A DNA stretch of 64,000 bases from an uncultured Alphaproteobacteria bacterium (GCA_963800335.1 CAWDAN010000006.1:13659-77658), one strand, 5' to 3'. Shown: positions 18,405 to 29,959, numbered from the stretch's first letter. Numbers and translations: made by a program. The notes: a model not told the origin generated them from the letters alone.

Positions 18405-19561
18405 GTGTCAGCCGCCATTATGTTCTCGCCGCGGGCGGTACCGGGGGGCACATGATCCCCGCCTACGCGCTCGGCGAAGAGCTGATCGCGCGCGGCCATC
18501 ACGTCGCGCTGATCACCGACGAGCGCGGCGCGAAGATTCCCGGCGCGTTCGAAAAGGGCCAGGTCCACATGCTGCCCGCCGGACGGTTCGCGGGCGGGCC
18601 GATCGGCTGGCTCAAGGCGCTGATCGGTATCAAGCGCGGGCGCGACATGGCGCTGCGCCTTTATGACACCTTCCAGCCGACCGCGGTGATCGGCTTTGGC
18701 GGCTATCCTGCGCTGCCCGCGCTGCTCGCTGCGCGCAAGGCAGGGGTGGCGACGCTGGTCCACGAACAGAACGCCGTGCTGGGCCGGGTCAATCGCCTCG
18801 TCGCCAAGCAGGTCGATGCCATCGCGACCTCGTTCGAGAGCGTCGAGCGGGTCCCGGCCAAGGCGCGCAGCAAGGTCCACCTCGTCGGCAATCCGGTGCG
18901 CGAGAGCGTCGTCGCGCTGAGGGGAAAGGGATTTCCGGCCTATGACGAACACGGCGTGCTGCGGATCCTGGTGACCGGCGGCAGCCAGGGCGCGAGCATC
19001 CTGTCCGAAGTCGTTCCCGATGGCCTGGCGCTGCTTCCCGAGGGTTTGCGCTCGCGCTTGCAGGTCACGCAGCAGTGCCGCGCCGAAGATATCGACGCGG
19101 TGCGCGAACGCTATGCCGCGTTCGGCATCGCCGCCGACCTTGCCACCTATCTCGAGGATTTGCCCGAGCGGCTGGGCTGGTCGCATCTCGTCATCGCCCG
19201 CGCTGGCGCATCGACGCTGGCCGAGCTGACCGCTGCCGGACGGCCCGCGGTGCTCGTGCCGCTGCCGGGCGCGACCGACGATCACCAGAGCGTCAACGCG
19301 CGCGAAATGGTTGCCGCTGGCGCCGCGCGGGCGATCCCGCAACGCGCCTTTACCGCCAAGGAGCTCGCCAAGCAGGTGCAGAAACTCGCGCTGTCGCCCT
19401 CCGCGCTCGCCAACGCAGCGATGCGTTCGCTAGAATGCGGTCGCCCGAACGCTACGCGCGACCTTGCCGACCTCGTCGAAAATGCCGGAGGCGAACCGTT
19501 GATGGACGTCATCCGGATCGAACGCGGCACGCCTTCGGCCAGCGGAGCACTTGCGACATGA
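18401..19561 (+). CDS. murG: UDP-N-acetylglucosamine--N-acetylmuramyl-(pentapeptide) pyrophosphoryl-undecaprenol GlcNAc transferase
   Basis: ATGA overlap with ftsW. GGTGGH motif, GT28 fold. dcw position. Confidence 0.92.
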   Translation: MSVSRHYVLAAGGTGGHMIPAYALGEELIARGHHVALITDERGAKIPGAFEKGQVHMLPAGRFAGGPIGWLKALIGIKRGRDMALRLYDTFQPTAVIGFGGYPALPALLAARKAGVATLVHEQNAVLGRVNRLVAKQVDAIATSFESVERVPAKARSKVHLVGNPVRESVVALRGKGFPAYDEHGVLRILVTGGSQGASILSEVVPDGLALLPEGLRSRLQVTQQCRAEDIDAVRERYAAFGIAADLATYLEDLPERLGWSHLVIARAGASTLAELTAAGRPAVLVPLPGATDDHQSVNAREMVAAGAARAIPQRAFTAKELAKQVQKLALSPSALANAAMRSLECGRPNATRDLADLVENAGGEPLMDVIRIERGTPSASGALAT

Positions 19562-20991
19562 AGGCTGTTGGTACCGACATCGGGATGATCCATTTCATCG
19601 GCATTGGCGGCATCGGCATGTCGGGCATCGCCGAGGTGATGCACAATCTCGGCTATGCCGTGCAGGGCAGCGACATCGCCGACAGCTATGTCACCGAAGG
19701 CCTGCGCGCCAAGGGCATCGCGATCGCGATCGGCCACGACCCCGAAAATCTCGGCGAGGCGGCGGTGGTCGTCACCTCGACTGCGGTGCGGCGCGGCAAT
19801 CCCGAGGTCGAGGCGGCGCTCGCCCGGCGCATCCCGATCGTTCGCCGCGCAGAAATGCTCGCCGAGCTGATGCGCCTCAAATCGACCGTCGCGATCGCCG
19901 GCACGCACGGCAAGACGACGACGACCTCGATGGTCGCGGCGATCCTCGATGCCGGCGGGATCGACCCGACGGTGATCAACGGCGGCATCATCAACAGCTA
20001 CGGCTCGAACGCCCGGCTTGGTGCGAGCGACTGGATGGTCGTCGAGGCCGACGAGAGCGACGGCAGTTTCCTGCGGCTCGACGGGACGATCGCGGTCGTC
20101 ACCAACATCGATCCCGAGCATCTCGATCACTATGGCGACTTCGACAAGGCCAAGGAGGCCTATATCGAATTCATCGAGAACGTGCCCTTCTACGGCGCTG
20201 CGATCCTCTGTCTCGACCATCCCGAGGTCCAGGCGATCATTCCGCGCATCCGCGACCGGCGGATCGTCACCTACGGCTTTTCGGCGCAGGCCGATGTCCG
20301 CGGGGTCAACATCCAGCCGGCGCTCGGCGGCAACCGCTTCGACGTCGTCGTGCGCGATCGCGACGGCGGCGAACGCACGATCGAGGGCGTCTCGCTGCCG
20401 ATGTCGGGCCGCCACAACGTGCAGAACGCGCTCGCGGCGGTCGCGGTCGCGCTCCACATGGGCTGTTCGGACGATGTCGTGTGCAACGGCTTTGCCAATT
20501 TCGACGGGGTCAAACGGCGCTTTACCAAGGTCGGCCAGATCGCCTGCGGCGACGGCTGCGCGCTCGTCATCGACGATTATGCCCACCATCCGGTCGAGAT
20601 CCGTGCGGTGCTGTCGGCGGCGCGCGAGGGGCTCGTCGGCCAGCCGGGCGGGCGCGTTATCGCGGTCGTCCAGCCGCACCGGTTTTCGCGGCTCGGCGAT
20701 CTGATGGACGAGTTCCGCCAGGCGTTCAACGATGCCGATGCGGTCTATGCGCTGCCCGTCTACGCTGCGGGCGAGGACCCGATTGAAGGGATCAATTCCG
20801 AAGCGCTGGTCGCGGGGCTGCGCGATCGCGGTCACCACGCCGCATACGCCGTTGCCTCGCCCGAGGACCTCGCCGAGCGTCTCGCCGACGAGGTCAAGGC
20901 GGGCGATTTCGTCGTCTGCCTCGGCGCGGGCGACATTACCAGGACCGCCGCGGGCCTTGCCGATGCGATCCACGCGGTGAAGGCGCGATGA
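19558..20991 (+). CDS. murC: UDP-N-acetylmuramate--L-alanine ligase
   Basis: ATG 19558 (ATGA overlap with murG). [17 protein letters not shown] and [10 protein letters not shown] motifs. Confidence 0.92.
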   Translation: MKAVGTDIGMIHFIGIGGIGMSGIAEVMHNLGYAVQGSDIADSYVTEGLRAKGIAIAIGHDPENLGEAAVVVTSTAVRRGNPEVEAALARRIPIVRRAEMLAELMRLKSTVAIAGTHGKTTTTSMVAAILDAGGIDPTVINGGIINSYGSNARLGASDWMVVEADESDGSFLRLDGTIAVVTNIDPEHLDHYGDFDKAKEAYIEFIENVPFYGAAILCLDHPEVQAIIPRIRDRRIVTYGFSAQADVRGVNIQPALGGNRFDVVVRDRDGGERTIEGVSLPMSGRHNVQNALAAVAVALHMGCSDDVVCNGFANFDGVKRRFTKVGQIACGDGCALVIDDYAHHPVEIRAVLSAAREGLVGQPGGRVIAVVQPHRFSRLGDLMDEFRQAFNDADAVYALPVYAAGEDPIEGINSEALVAGLRDRGHHAAYAVASPEDLAERLADEVKAGDFVVCLGAGDITRTAAGLADAIHAVKAR

Positions 20992-21891
20992 TGGCTGACC
21001 TTGCCGAAATGCCTGCCGTCCGGGGCAAGCTCACGCCCGACGCACCGCTGGCGCCGCTCGTCTGGTTCAAGGCGGGTGGCCGCGCCGACTGGCTGTTCGA
21101 ACCCAAGGATGCCGACGACCTCGCCGATTTCCTGCGCGCGCTCGATCCCGCCATGCCCGTCATGGGCCTCGGCCTGGGGTCGAACCTGATCGTCCGCGAC
21201 GGCGGCGTCCGCGGGGTTGTCGTTCGGCTTGCCAAGCCGATGGGCGCGATCGAAGCGCTCGACGCAGACGACCTTGCGCTGCGGCGGCGGTGCGTCGGGG
21301 ATCGCGGTCTCGTCTGCGGCGCGCGATGCGGGCATCGCGGGGCTCGAGTTCCTGCGCGGCATTCCCGGCACCGTCGGCGGCTTCGTCCGCATGAACGGCG
21401 GCGCCTATGGCCGCGAGGTCGCCGATGTGCTGGTCGAAGCGGAGATCGTCCTGCGCTCGGGCGAGCGGCGCACGCTGGCCTGTTCAGAGCTTGGCTACAG
21501 CTATCGCCACAGCGAGCTGCCCGATCAGGCGATCGTTGTTGCTGCAACTCTGCGCGGAACTCCGGGAGACAAGACAGCGATCCAGGCCGAAATGGACCGC
21601 ATCGCCGAAGCGCGCGAGGCGACGCAGCCGCTGCGCACCAAGACCGGCGGATCGACCTTCAAGAATCCCGATGGCGACAAGGCGTGGCGGCTGGTCGATG
21701 ATGCCGGCTGTCGCGGATTGACGATCGGCGGCGCACAGGTCAGCGAGAAACACTGCAATTTCCTGATCAACACCGGCGATGCGTCGTCGGCGGAGATCGA
21801 GGCTCTGGGCGAAGAGGTAAGACGGCGCGTGAAGGACAAGGCTGGGGTTGAGCTGCATTGGGAAATCCAGCGCGTGGGGGACCGGGCATGA
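20988..21891 (+). pseudogene. murB: UDP-N-acetylenolpyruvoylglucosamine reductase MurB, reading frame broken near 21273
   Basis: The N-terminal 95 aa are in ORF 20988.. ([15 protein letters not shown]..., [20 protein letters not shown]). The C-terminal 205 aa are in ORF 21217..21891 (LRCGGGASG..., [27 protein letters not shown]). Removing one C at 21272-21273 joins them as ...DADDLRCGGG. Confidence 0.85.
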
Positions 21892-22829
21892 GCCGCGGGC
21901 CCTGGCATGTCGCGGTCCTGATGGGCGGCTGGAGCCATGAGCGCGAGGTGTCGCTGATGAGCGGCAACGGCGTCGCCGACGCGCTCGAAAGCCGTGGCCA
22001 TCGCGTCACGCGGATCGACATGGACCGCAACGTCGCCGCGACGATCGCGGGCGCGCGGCCCGACTGCGTGTTCAATGCGCTGCACGGCGTTCCCGGCGAG
22101 GACGGGTCGGTCCAGGGCATGCTCGACCTGATGGGCGTGCCCTATACGCATTCGGGGCTCGTCACCTCGGTCATCGCGATCGACAAGGAACTGACCAAGC
22201 AGCGGCTCGTGCCGCACGGCATCCCGATGCCCAAGGGTCGGATCGTCGCGTCGGACAGCCTTTACGACGGCGATCCCTTGCCGCGCCCCTATGTCCTGAA
22301 ACCCGTCAACGAGGGCTCTTCGGTCGGCGTCGCGATCGTCACCGAGGCGAGCAATTATGGCAACCCCATCGCGCGCGACGCCAAGGGTCCGTGGCAGGAA
22401 TTTCCCGAACTGCTCGCCGAGCCGTTCGTCGCGGGGCATGAGCTGACCGTCGCGGTCGTCGGCGGCAAGGCGCTGGCGGTGACCGAACTCAAGCCGACGC
22501 AGGGCTTTTACGATTACGACGCCAAATATACCGATGGCCTGACGCAGCATGTCTGCCCCGCCGAGATCGACACTGAGATCGCCGACTATATGATGGAGCT
22601 GGCGATGCGCGCGCACGAACTGCTCGGCTGCAAGGGACCGTCGCGCTCTGATTTCCGCTGGGATGAAACGAAGGGCAAAGACGGCATCTTCCTGCTCGAA
22701 ACCAACACCCAGCCGGGCATGACGCCGCTGAGCCTCGTTCCCGAACAGGCGAAATATGCCGGGATCGATTATGCCGAGCTGGTCGAACGGATCGTCGAGG
22801 AGGCGCTGGCCGGCGCCGAGGCGCGATGA
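21888..22829 (+). CDS. ddl: D-alanine--D-alanine ligase
   Basis: ATG 21888 (ATGA overlap with murB). VAVLMGGWSHEREVSL, ATP-grasp motifs, LLETNTQPGMT. Confidence 0.92.
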   Translation: MSRGPWHVAVLMGGWSHEREVSLMSGNGVADALESRGHRVTRIDMDRNVAATIAGARPDCVFNALHGVPGEDGSVQGMLDLMGVPYTHSGLVTSVIAIDKELTKQRLVPHGIPMPKGRIVASDSLYDGDPLPRPYVLKPVNEGSSVGVAIVTEASNYGNPIARDAKGPWQEFPELLAEPFVAGHELTVAVVGGKALAVTELKPTQGFYDYDAKYTDGLTQHVCPAEIDTEIADYMMELAMRAHELLGCKGPSRSDFRWDETKGKDGIFLLETNTQPGMTPLSLVPEQAKYAGIDYAELVERIVEEALAGAEAR

Positions 22830-23731
22830 CGACCGCGAAGATCAAGCGCGGCAAGCGGGCCAAGCCGGCGCCGCGGCGCAAACCTGCGCGGCGCAAGACG
22901 CAAGGGTCGCGCGTCGATGCGGTGCTGGGTGCGCTGCCGATCAGCCGGGAGACGCTGCAACGCATCGCGACGCTGGTGATCCTGTCGCTGCTCGTCGTCC
23001 TTGTCGTCGTCGCTGCCAATGTCAGCGGCGTATCGGCGAAGATCGCCGAGGAGGCCGAAAAGGCGGTCGGTCGCGCCGGATTCGAGGTGCGCCGGGTCGA
23101 GGTCGTCGGGGTCGACCGGATCGACCAGGCGAAGGTCTATGAAATCGCGCTCAACCAGCGCAATCGCTCGATGGCGGCGGTCGATCTCGACGAGGTCCGC
23201 CGCGACCTCATGCAATATGGCTGGATCGCCGATGCGCGCGTCTCGCGCCGGCTGCCCGATACGCTCGTCGTCGATATCGTCGAGCGCACGCCCTCGGCTG
23301 TGTGGCAGAACAACCGGAAACTCGCGCTGATCGACAAGAACGGCGTCGTGCTCGAGCGCGTCAATGCGCGCAACGCGCCCGACCTGCCGCTCGTCATCGG
23401 CCCCAATGCCAATCGCCAGACCAAACAGCTCGACAAGCTGCTCGAGGAAGTGCCCGCGCTAAGGCCACTGGTCGCAGGCGCGACCTGGGTCGGTAACCGG
23501 CGCTGGGACCTGCGCTTCCAGTCGGGCGAAACGCTCGCGCTGCCCGAAGGCGATGGCGAGGCCAAGGCGGCGCTGATCGACTTTGCCCGGATGGACGGGG
23601 CCAATCGCCTGCTCGGCCGCGGTATCGTCCGCTTCGACATGCGCGATCCCGACAAGTTCGTCTTCCTGCCCGGCGAGCGTGTCGCGCCCAAGCCCGTGGC
23701 CAAACCCGCCACCGACAGCGGCGAGGAGTAA
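22826..23731 (+). CDS. ftsQ: cell division protein FtsQ
   Basis: ATGA overlap with ddl. Basic N-terminus, one TM helix, POTRA and FtsQ domains. Position before ftsA. Confidence 0.85.
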   Translation: MTTAKIKRGKRAKPAPRRKPARRKTQGSRVDAVLGALPISRETLQRIATLVILSLLVVLVVVAANVSGVSAKIAEEAEKAVGRAGFEVRRVEVVGVDRIDQAKVYEIALNQRNRSMAAVDLDEVRRDLMQYGWIADARVSRRLPDTLVVDIVERTPSAVWQNNRKLALIDKNGVVLERVNARNAPDLPLVIGPNANRQTKQLDKLLEEVPALRPLVAGATWVGNRRWDLRFQSGETLALPEGDGEAKAALIDFARMDGANRLLGRGIVRFDMRDPDKFVFLPGERVAPKPVAKPATDSGEE

Positions 23732-23734
23732 GCC

Positions 23735-24988
23735 ATGGCCGCTGCGCGCTACGAACGCCTGTTTACCGGCATCGACATCGGATCGGCCAAGGTCTGCGCG
23801 CTGATCGCGGGCGAGGACGAGGGCGGCCGGCTGACCGTGCTCGGCACCGGCCAGCGGCAGAGCCAGGGAATCAAGCGCGGCTATGTCGTCGATCGCGACA
23901 AGGCCGAACAGGCGGTACGCGAAGCGATCGAGCAGGCCGAACGGATCGCCGGCATCAATATCGAGCATGTCTGGGTTGGTTTTTCGGCGGGCAGCCTGTC
24001 GAGCGATACCGCGCGCGCCGAGGTCGAACTGTCGGGCCATCGCGTCGAACAGGAGGACGTCGATGCGCTGTTCGCGGCGGGGCGCGCGTCGATCGATCCC
24101 GAAGGGCGGATGATCCTCCATGCCGAACCCGCGCTCTACACGCTCGACGATCTCGCAGGCGTGAGCAGCCCGATCGGTCTCCACGCCGACAAGCTTGGCG
24201 TCGATATCCATATTGTCCTCGCCGACGGCCCGCCCGTTCGCAATCTCGAAATGTGCGTCCGCGCGGCGCATCTCGATGTCAAATCGATCGTCGCCGCGCC
24301 CGTCGCGACCGGCTTGGCCTGCCTGTCCGAAGAGGAACGCGACCTCGGCGTCGCGCTCGTCGAGATCGGTGCGGCGGTGACCAACATCTCGCTGTTCGCC
24401 GGGGGCATGCTCGTCGCCTTGTCATCGCTGCCATTCGGCGCGGGCGAGATCACCGACGATATCGCCAGCGCGTTCGGTATTCGCCGCAGCCAGGCCGAGC
24501 GGATGAAATGCTTCTACGGTTCGGCAATGCCGAGCCCGCGCGACAACAACGACATGGTCGATATCGAGGCGGGCGACAGCGGCCAGCCGCGCCGGCAGAT
24601 CACGCGTGCACAGCTGATCACCGTCATTCGCGAACGGCTCGACCACATGATCGGCGAAATCGGCAAGTGTCTCAAGGAGATGGGCTTTAGTGGCCCGGTC
24701 GGGCGCCAGGTCGTCCTCGCCGGCGGCGGCGCCGACATGAAGGGCATGGCCGACTATGCGCAGGGCGCGCTCGGCCGGTCGGTGCGGATCGGTCGCCCGC
24801 GTGGCCTGTCGTCGCTGCCCGAGGCGCACAGCGGCCCGGCCTTTGTGACGATGGCGGGGCTGGTGCTCTACGCGGCGAAGGACCCGATCGACCTGCGCCG
24901 GATCGGCACGCGCAATATCGACGAGACCGCCGACGGCGGCGGTCCGGTCCTGGCGCGGCTGATGAAGGCGTTCCGGCGGAATTTTTAG
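23735..24988 (+). CDS. ftsA: cell division protein FtsA
   Basis: Actin-like ATPase (GIDIGSAKVCALI, LAGGGADMKGM). Position before ftsZ. Confidence 0.92.
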   Translation: MAAARYERLFTGIDIGSAKVCALIAGEDEGGRLTVLGTGQRQSQGIKRGYVVDRDKAEQAVREAIEQAERIAGINIEHVWVGFSAGSLSSDTARAEVELSGHRVEQEDVDALFAAGRASIDPEGRMILHAEPALYTLDDLAGVSSPIGLHADKLGVDIHIVLADGPPVRNLEMCVRAAHLDVKSIVAAPVATGLACLSEEERDLGVALVEIGAAVTNISLFAGGMLVALSSLPFGAGEITDDIASAFGIRRSQAERMKCFYGSAMPSPRDNNDMVDIEAGDSGQPRRQITRAQLITVIRERLDHMIGEIGKCLKEMGFSGPVGRQVVLAGGGADMKGMADYAQGALGRSVRIGRPRGLSSLPEAHSGPAFVTMAGLVLYAAKDPIDLRRIGTRNIDETADGGGPVLARLMKAFRRNF

Positions 24989-25129
24989 GCCAAACGATGC
25001 AATAAGGTTAATTTTTATGGTGATTCCGGCCCTCGTTTAGTGCATTGATTCCGCAACCGTTGCGCGGCGCGCGCGATGCACCAGTGAACAGTCCCGGCCA
25101 GACCGGCGGGCGAGGGGAGAATTCAGGCC

Positions 25130-26836
25130 ATGGGTATCAACATCGGACCGCCCGAAGTCGATGAACTGAGGCCACGGATCGCCGTTATCGGCGTCGGTGG
25201 GGCGGGCGGCAACGCGATCGCCAACATGATCGCGGCGAATGTCGAAGGCGTGGATTTCATCGTCGCCAACACCGATGCCCAGGCGCTCAACGCGTCGGCC
25301 GCCGAAAGCCGCATCCAGCTCGGTCCCGACATCACCCAGGGACTTGGCGCCGGTTCGCGCCCCGAAATCGGCCGCGCCGCCGCCGAGGAAACGATCCTTT
25401 CGGTCGAGCAGGCGCTCGAAGGCGCACATATGTGCTTCATCGCTGCGGGCATGGGCGGCGGCACCGGAACCGGTGCTGCTCCGGTCATCGCCAAGGCCGC
25501 GCGCGACCGCGGCATCCTGACTGTCGGCGTCGTCACCAAGCCGTTCACCTTCGAAGGCTCGCGCCGGATGCGTTCGGCCGATGCCGGGATCGAGGAACTG
25601 CAGGCCAATGTCGACACGCTGATCGTCATTCCCAACCAGAACCTGTTCCTCGTCGCCAATCCGAACACGACCTTCAAGGAAGCGTTCCAGATGGCCGACG
25701 AAGTGCTCCAGCAGGGCGTTCGCGGCATCACCGACCTGATGGTCATGCCGGGCCTGATCAACCTCGATTTCGCCGACGTCCGCTCGGTCATGCACGAAAT
25801 GGGCAAGGCAATGATGGGTACCGGCGAAGCCGAAGGCGACGGCCGCGCGCTCGAAGCTGCCGAAAAGGCGATCGCCAATCCGTTGCTCGACGGCGTTTCG
25901 ATGCGCGGCGCCAAGGGGGTCATCATTTCGATCACCGGCGGCGAAGACATGCGCCTGATGGAAGTCGACGAAGCCGCCAACCACATTCGCGAGCTGGTCG
26001 ATCCCGAAGCCAACATCATCTGGGGTTCGGCGTTTAACGATCAGCTTGAGGGCAAGATCCGCGTTTCGGTCGTCGCGACCGGCATCGATGCCGACGCCGA
26101 TGCCGATCGCGCGCCGGTCAGCCGCGCCTTTTCGTTCCCGCCGCGCAAGCAGGCACCGGAAGCTCCATCCGAAACCGCGCCGACGAGCGTCGACGAAGCG
26201 CCGGCCGATGACGATGTCGTCACCGCAAGCGATTCCGCCGATGACAGCGCCGATCAGGCGACCGGCTTTGCCAGCGATCACGGCTTCGACGATGGCGCCG
26301 ACGAAGACACGGGCGTTTCCTACGATGCGCCGCCACCGCGCCAGGGCTTTGCGCCTGCCGCGCCGCGCCAGCCAGAAGCAACGCCGTCGTACGACGACAC
26401 CGGAGCTGAAGCCGATCATGGCTCAAGCGCCGACGCAGATTCCGAACCGCTCGAGCTTTCCGAAGAGGTGGACCGCGCATCGTCCGACGATGTCCCGCCG
26501 TTCCGGCCGGCCGCTACGCCCAAACGCCAGGCGATTCCGACCTATGACGACACTGCGCCCGAACCAATTCCGGGCCTGTCGATCCGCGATCGACTGCGCC
26601 AGAGCCAGGACGACGGGCAGCAAAGCCCCGCGCCGACCGACGACGAATTGGTCCTCGACAGCCCGACGACGCCAGCTCCTGCAGCCTCGAGTGCCAAGGG
26701 TGGCGGGACGCTGTTCGAACGGATGTCGCGACTTTCGCGCGGCGCGCCCAAGAGCGATGCCGAAAGCGACGGCGACGACGACGATGGCGATGCCCTCGAA
26801 ATCCCGCGCTTCCTTAATCGGCAGAACAATCAATAG
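25130..26836 (+). CDS. ftsZ: cell division protein FtsZ (long acidic C-terminal linker)
   Basis: Tubulin signature [13 protein letters not shown] and T7 loop NLDFADV. Disordered linker of about 230 aa. Terminal peptide [12 protein letters not shown]. Confidence 0.95.
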   Translation: MGINIGPPEVDELRPRIAVIGVGGAGGNAIANMIAANVEGVDFIVANTDAQALNASAAESRIQLGPDITQGLGAGSRPEIGRAAAEETILSVEQALEGAHMCFIAAGMGGGTGTGAAPVIAKAARDRGILTVGVVTKPFTFEGSRRMRSADAGIEELQANVDTLIVIPNQNLFLVANPNTTFKEAFQMADEVLQQGVRGITDLMVMPGLINLDFADVRSVMHEMGKAMMGTGEAEGDGRALEAAEKAIANPLLDGVSMRGAKGVIISITGGEDMRLMEVDEAANHIRELVDPEANIIWGSAFNDQLEGKIRVSVVATGIDADADADRAPVSRAFSFPPRKQAPEAPSETAPTSVDEAPADDDVVTASDSADDSADQATGFASDHGFDDGADEDTGVSYDAPPPRQGFAPAAPRQPEATPSYDDTGAEADHGSSADADSEPLELSEEVDRASSDDVPPFRPAATPKRQAIPTYDDTAPEPIPGLSIRDRLRQSQDDGQQSPAPTDDELVLDSPTTPAPAASSAKGGGTLFERMSRLSRGAPKSDAESDGDDDDGDALEIPRFLNRQNNQ

Positions 26837-26949
26837 GCTGGTGCCGGTCGGAATGATGGCAGGCTCGACAGGATGGATGGTGCCGCTTTCGCGACCGGCT
26901 GCGGGCTGTGTTGCGCGCCATTCAGCCTGCGGCGTTATAGACTGACCGG

Positions 26950-28752
26950 GTGACTTTGCTTCTTCATCCCCTGTTCCGCTTCCCCGCGCTTGCGCTGGTG
27001 ACAGCGGCTATCGCTGTTCCCGCTAGCGCCCAGGTGCAGCCGGCCCACGTCGCCACACCCGCCGAACGCGCAGCGTTCCAGGAACGCGCCGATGCGCAGA
27101 AGAAGCTCGCCGGCGCGCTGTCGCGGATCGCACAGGATGGCAACAACGGCTTCGCGCTGCTCGATGCGGGCGAGGCGGCGATCGCGCTTAACGATCCGCA
27201 GGCGGCACTCGGCTTTCTAGCCCGCGCAGAGCACGCCATGCCGCGCGAGGCGCGGGTCAAATCGGCGCTCGGCGCGGCGATGATGGGAATCGGCAAGGAC
27301 GACCAGGCGCTGCGCTATTTTGGTGAAGCCGAAAGCCTCGGCGCGCGCGAACAGACGTACCTCGGCGAGCGCGCGCTGGCCTACGAACTCAGCGGCGATG
27401 GTGCCGCGGCACAGCGCGACTATCGCGCCGCGCTCGCGATCAAGCCGGGCGATCCGACGCTGACGCGCAATTATGCGCTGTCGATGGGAATTGCCGGCAA
27501 CAGCAAGGCGGCCCTCGCCATCCTCAACCCGTTGCTGGCCAGTCAGGATCGCGCTTCCTGGCGCGCGCAAGCCTTCATTCTCGCGATGAACGGGCAGACC
27601 GGCGAAGCCGCCAAAACCGTCGATGCGATCATGCCCGCCGAGCTGGCGCGCGATATCAAGCCCTATCTTGCGCGGATGGACAACCTGACCCCCGAGCAAA
27701 AGGCCGCTGCGGTGCATCTCGGCAAGTTTCCCACCGGACCGCTAGCTCCTTCGAACGTCCGCCTTGCTTCGGCCGACACCCGCGTTCCCGCCCCTGCATC
27801 GAGCCGCAAGCCGACGCGCGCCGAGCGCAATGCCGCCCGCCGTGCAGAGCGCGACAAGGCCCAGCGCGACAAGGCGGCGAGGGCAGTGCCCGTACCAGCC
27901 GGCAGCACGACGTTGACGCGCGGTCGGCGCACGGTCGTCACTAGCCCGGCTGCGCAGGTCGTCCCCCAACCGGCAGCTCCTAGTCCGCAGCCGGCCGCCA
28001 CCCAGGTCGCCCAGCGCGCCGAGCCGATCCGCTCGACGCAGCTGCCGCCGTCGTCGGCAGTCCAGCCCGGCTTCAGCGGTAACGCCAGCGCCAGCGCAGC
28101 GCCGTCGCTGCCGCCCGCGCAGGAAATCACGATCGCGCCGCGCACGATGCCAAGCGCGCCGAGCGCTACGTCAACGTCGGTCTATGGCCCAGCGAGCCCG
28201 ACCGCGATCGCGCCTGCACCCGAAAAATCGCTGTTCGATATCGTCAACGCGATCGACGTGGCCCCAGCTTCGGAGAGTCCGCCGACGGCCGCGCTGAGTG
28301 CCGCGGAGCTTGAGCGGATCAAGCAGGAGGCGCTCGCCGAACAGGCCGCCGAGGAGAAGCGCGCGGCGGTCGAGAAGGCCAAGACGCAGGCAGCCGCGAA
28401 AGCAAGGCAGGAGGCCGATGCCAAGGCAAAGGCCGAAGCCGATGCGAAGAAGGCCGAGAAACTGGCCAAGGCGGCCAATCCGGCGCGCTTCTGGGTCCAG
28501 GTCGCGACCGGCGGCGAAGTGAAGGCGCTGGCGTTCGATTTCCGTCGCCTCGCCAAGAAATATGCCGAACAGTTCAAGGGCCAGGACGGCTGGACGTCGC
28601 AATGGGGACAGACGCGCCGCCTCGTCGTGGGACCGTTCGACGGCCTGAAGGAAGCCAAGGCCTGGGACGTCGCTTATCGCAAGGCGGGCGGCGATTCGTT
28701 CACCTGGTCGAGCACCGACGGTTTGGAGGTCGAAAAGCTTCCGGGCAAGTGA
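26950..28752 (+). CDS. TPR-repeat protein with C-terminal SPOR domain
   Basis: GTG start and signal peptide (ALALVTAAIAVPASA). TPR-like repeats in the N-terminal half, Pro/Ala/Lys-rich spacer, C-terminal SPOR-like domain (RFWVQVATGGEVKALAFDFRRL...RRLVVGPFDGLKEAKAW). Confidence 0.75.
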   Translation: MTLLLHPLFRFPALALVTAAIAVPASAQVQPAHVATPAERAAFQERADAQKKLAGALSRIAQDGNNGFALLDAGEAAIALNDPQAALGFLARAEHAMPREARVKSALGAAMMGIGKDDQALRYFGEAESLGAREQTYLGERALAYELSGDGAAAQRDYRAALAIKPGDPTLTRNYALSMGIAGNSKAALAILNPLLASQDRASWRAQAFILAMNGQTGEAAKTVDAIMPAELARDIKPYLARMDNLTPEQKAAAVHLGKFPTGPLAPSNVRLASADTRVPAPASSRKPTRAERNAARRAERDKAQRDKAARAVPVPAGSTTLTRGRRTVVTSPAAQVVPQPAAPSPQPAATQVAQRAEPIRSTQLPPSSAVQPGFSGNASASAAPSLPPAQEITIAPRTMPSAPSATSTSVYGPASPTAIAPAPEKSLFDIVNAIDVAPASESPPTAALSAAELERIKQEALAEQAAEEKRAAVEKAKTQAAAKARQEADAKAKAEADAKKAEKLAKAANPARFWVQVATGGEVKALAFDFRRLAKKYAEQFKGQDGWTSQWGQTRRLVVGPFDGLKEAKAWDVAYRKAGGDSFTWSSTDGLEVEKLPGK

Positions 28753-28765
28753 TAGGTGGGTCGGC

Positions 28766-29959
28766 GTGACCGACCTCCAGACCAGTTCGCCCTATGCTTC
28801 GAACCCCGCCGACAGCCGAGGCCGACAGCATGCCCAACCGGGTTCTTCGGGCGAGCAGCGCGGCCCGCGCGACGCCTTTCAGCGCGACCGCGACCGCATC
28901 ATCCATTCGACCGGGTTTCGCCGCCTGCGCCACAAGACGCAGGTGTTCATTTCGCCCGACGGCGATCATGATCGCGTCCGCCTGACCCACAGCCTCGAAG
29001 TCGCCCAGATCGGGCGCACGATCGCCCGCGCGCTCGGCCTCAACGAGGACCTGACCGAAGCGCTTTGCCTGGCGCACGACATCGGCCATCCGCCGTTCGG
29101 CCATGCTGGCGAAAAGGCGCTCAAGGCCGCGCTCGCCGATCATGGCGGTTTCGATCACAACGGCCAGACGCTGCGCATGGTGACGCTGCTCGACAGCCCC
29201 TATCCGCGCTTTGCCGGCCTTAATCTCAGTTGGGAAACGCTCGAAGGCCTCGCCAAGCATAACGGCCCGGTGACGGCGCCGGGCTGGGCGTTGGCCGAAG
29301 CCGACGCCGCGTTTGCGCTCGACCTTGGTACATATGCCTCGCTTGAGGCGCAGGTCGCCGCGGTGGCCGACGACATCGCCTACGACAATCACGACATCGA
29401 CGACGGGCTGCGCGCGGGCCTGTTGACGCTCGACCGGCTGCTTGCCGAGGAGCCGTTCATCGCCGCGACATGGGAGCGCGTCAGCGCGGCCTATCCCGAT
29501 GTGTCCGAAGACTTGCGCGCGCGCGAACTGGTCCGCTCGCAAATCGGCGCGATGGTCAATGACGTCATCGAACAGACCAAGGCGACGATTGCAGAGACGA
29601 ACCCCGCGAGCGTCGATGACGTGCGGGGTGCCGGCCGGACGATCGCCGGTTTCTCCCCGCAGATGGCGCGCGACGAACGGGCGCTCAAATCGTTCATGTA
29701 CGCCAATCTCTACCATCATGACGCGCAACTCGCCGCCGCCGACGCCGCCGAAACGGTGATCGCGGGCCTGTACGATGCCTATGCGCACGATCCGCAGCTG
29801 ATCGACGCCGACTGGTTCGATCGCCTACCGCGCGACCAGCCCGGCCACGCACGCCATATCGCAGATTATATCGCGGGCATGACCGATCGCTTCGCCTGCG
29901 CCCGTTTTGCCGGGATCCACGGCAAGGCGGCGCTTCCCGCGATCATGCGTCTGGCCTGA
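28766..29959 (+). CDS. dgt: deoxyguanosinetriphosphate triphosphohydrolase-like HD-domain protein
   Basis: FQRDRDRIIHSTGFRRLRHKTQVF and RLTHSLEVAQIGR...LAHDIGHPPFGH: dGTPase family signature. Confidence 0.85.
   Translation: MTDLQTSSPYASNPADSRGRQHAQPGSSGEQRGPRDAFQRDRDRIIHSTGFRRLRHKTQVFISPDGDHDRVRLTHSLEVAQIGRTIARALGLNEDLTEALCLAHDIGHPPFGHAGEKALKAALADHGGFDHNGQTLRMVTLLDSPYPRFAGLNLSWETLEGLAKHNGPVTAPGWALAEADAAFALDLGTYASLEAQVAAVADDIAYDNHDIDDGLRAGLLTLDRLLAEEPFIAATWERVSAAYPDVSEDLRARELVRSQIGAMVNDVIEQTKATIAETNPASVDDVRGAGRTIAGFSPQMARDERALKSFMYANLYHHDAQLAAADAAETVIAGLYDAYAHDPQLIDADWFDRLPRDQPGHARHIADYIAGMTDRFACARFAGIHGKAALPAIMRLA

Noticed and set aside
24989-25129. Regulatory boxes (CtrA/DnaA) in the ftsA-ftsZ spacer
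   Set aside because: There is only a single TTAA half-site (GGTTAATTTTTATGG) and no recognisable DnaA box, which is insufficient evidence.
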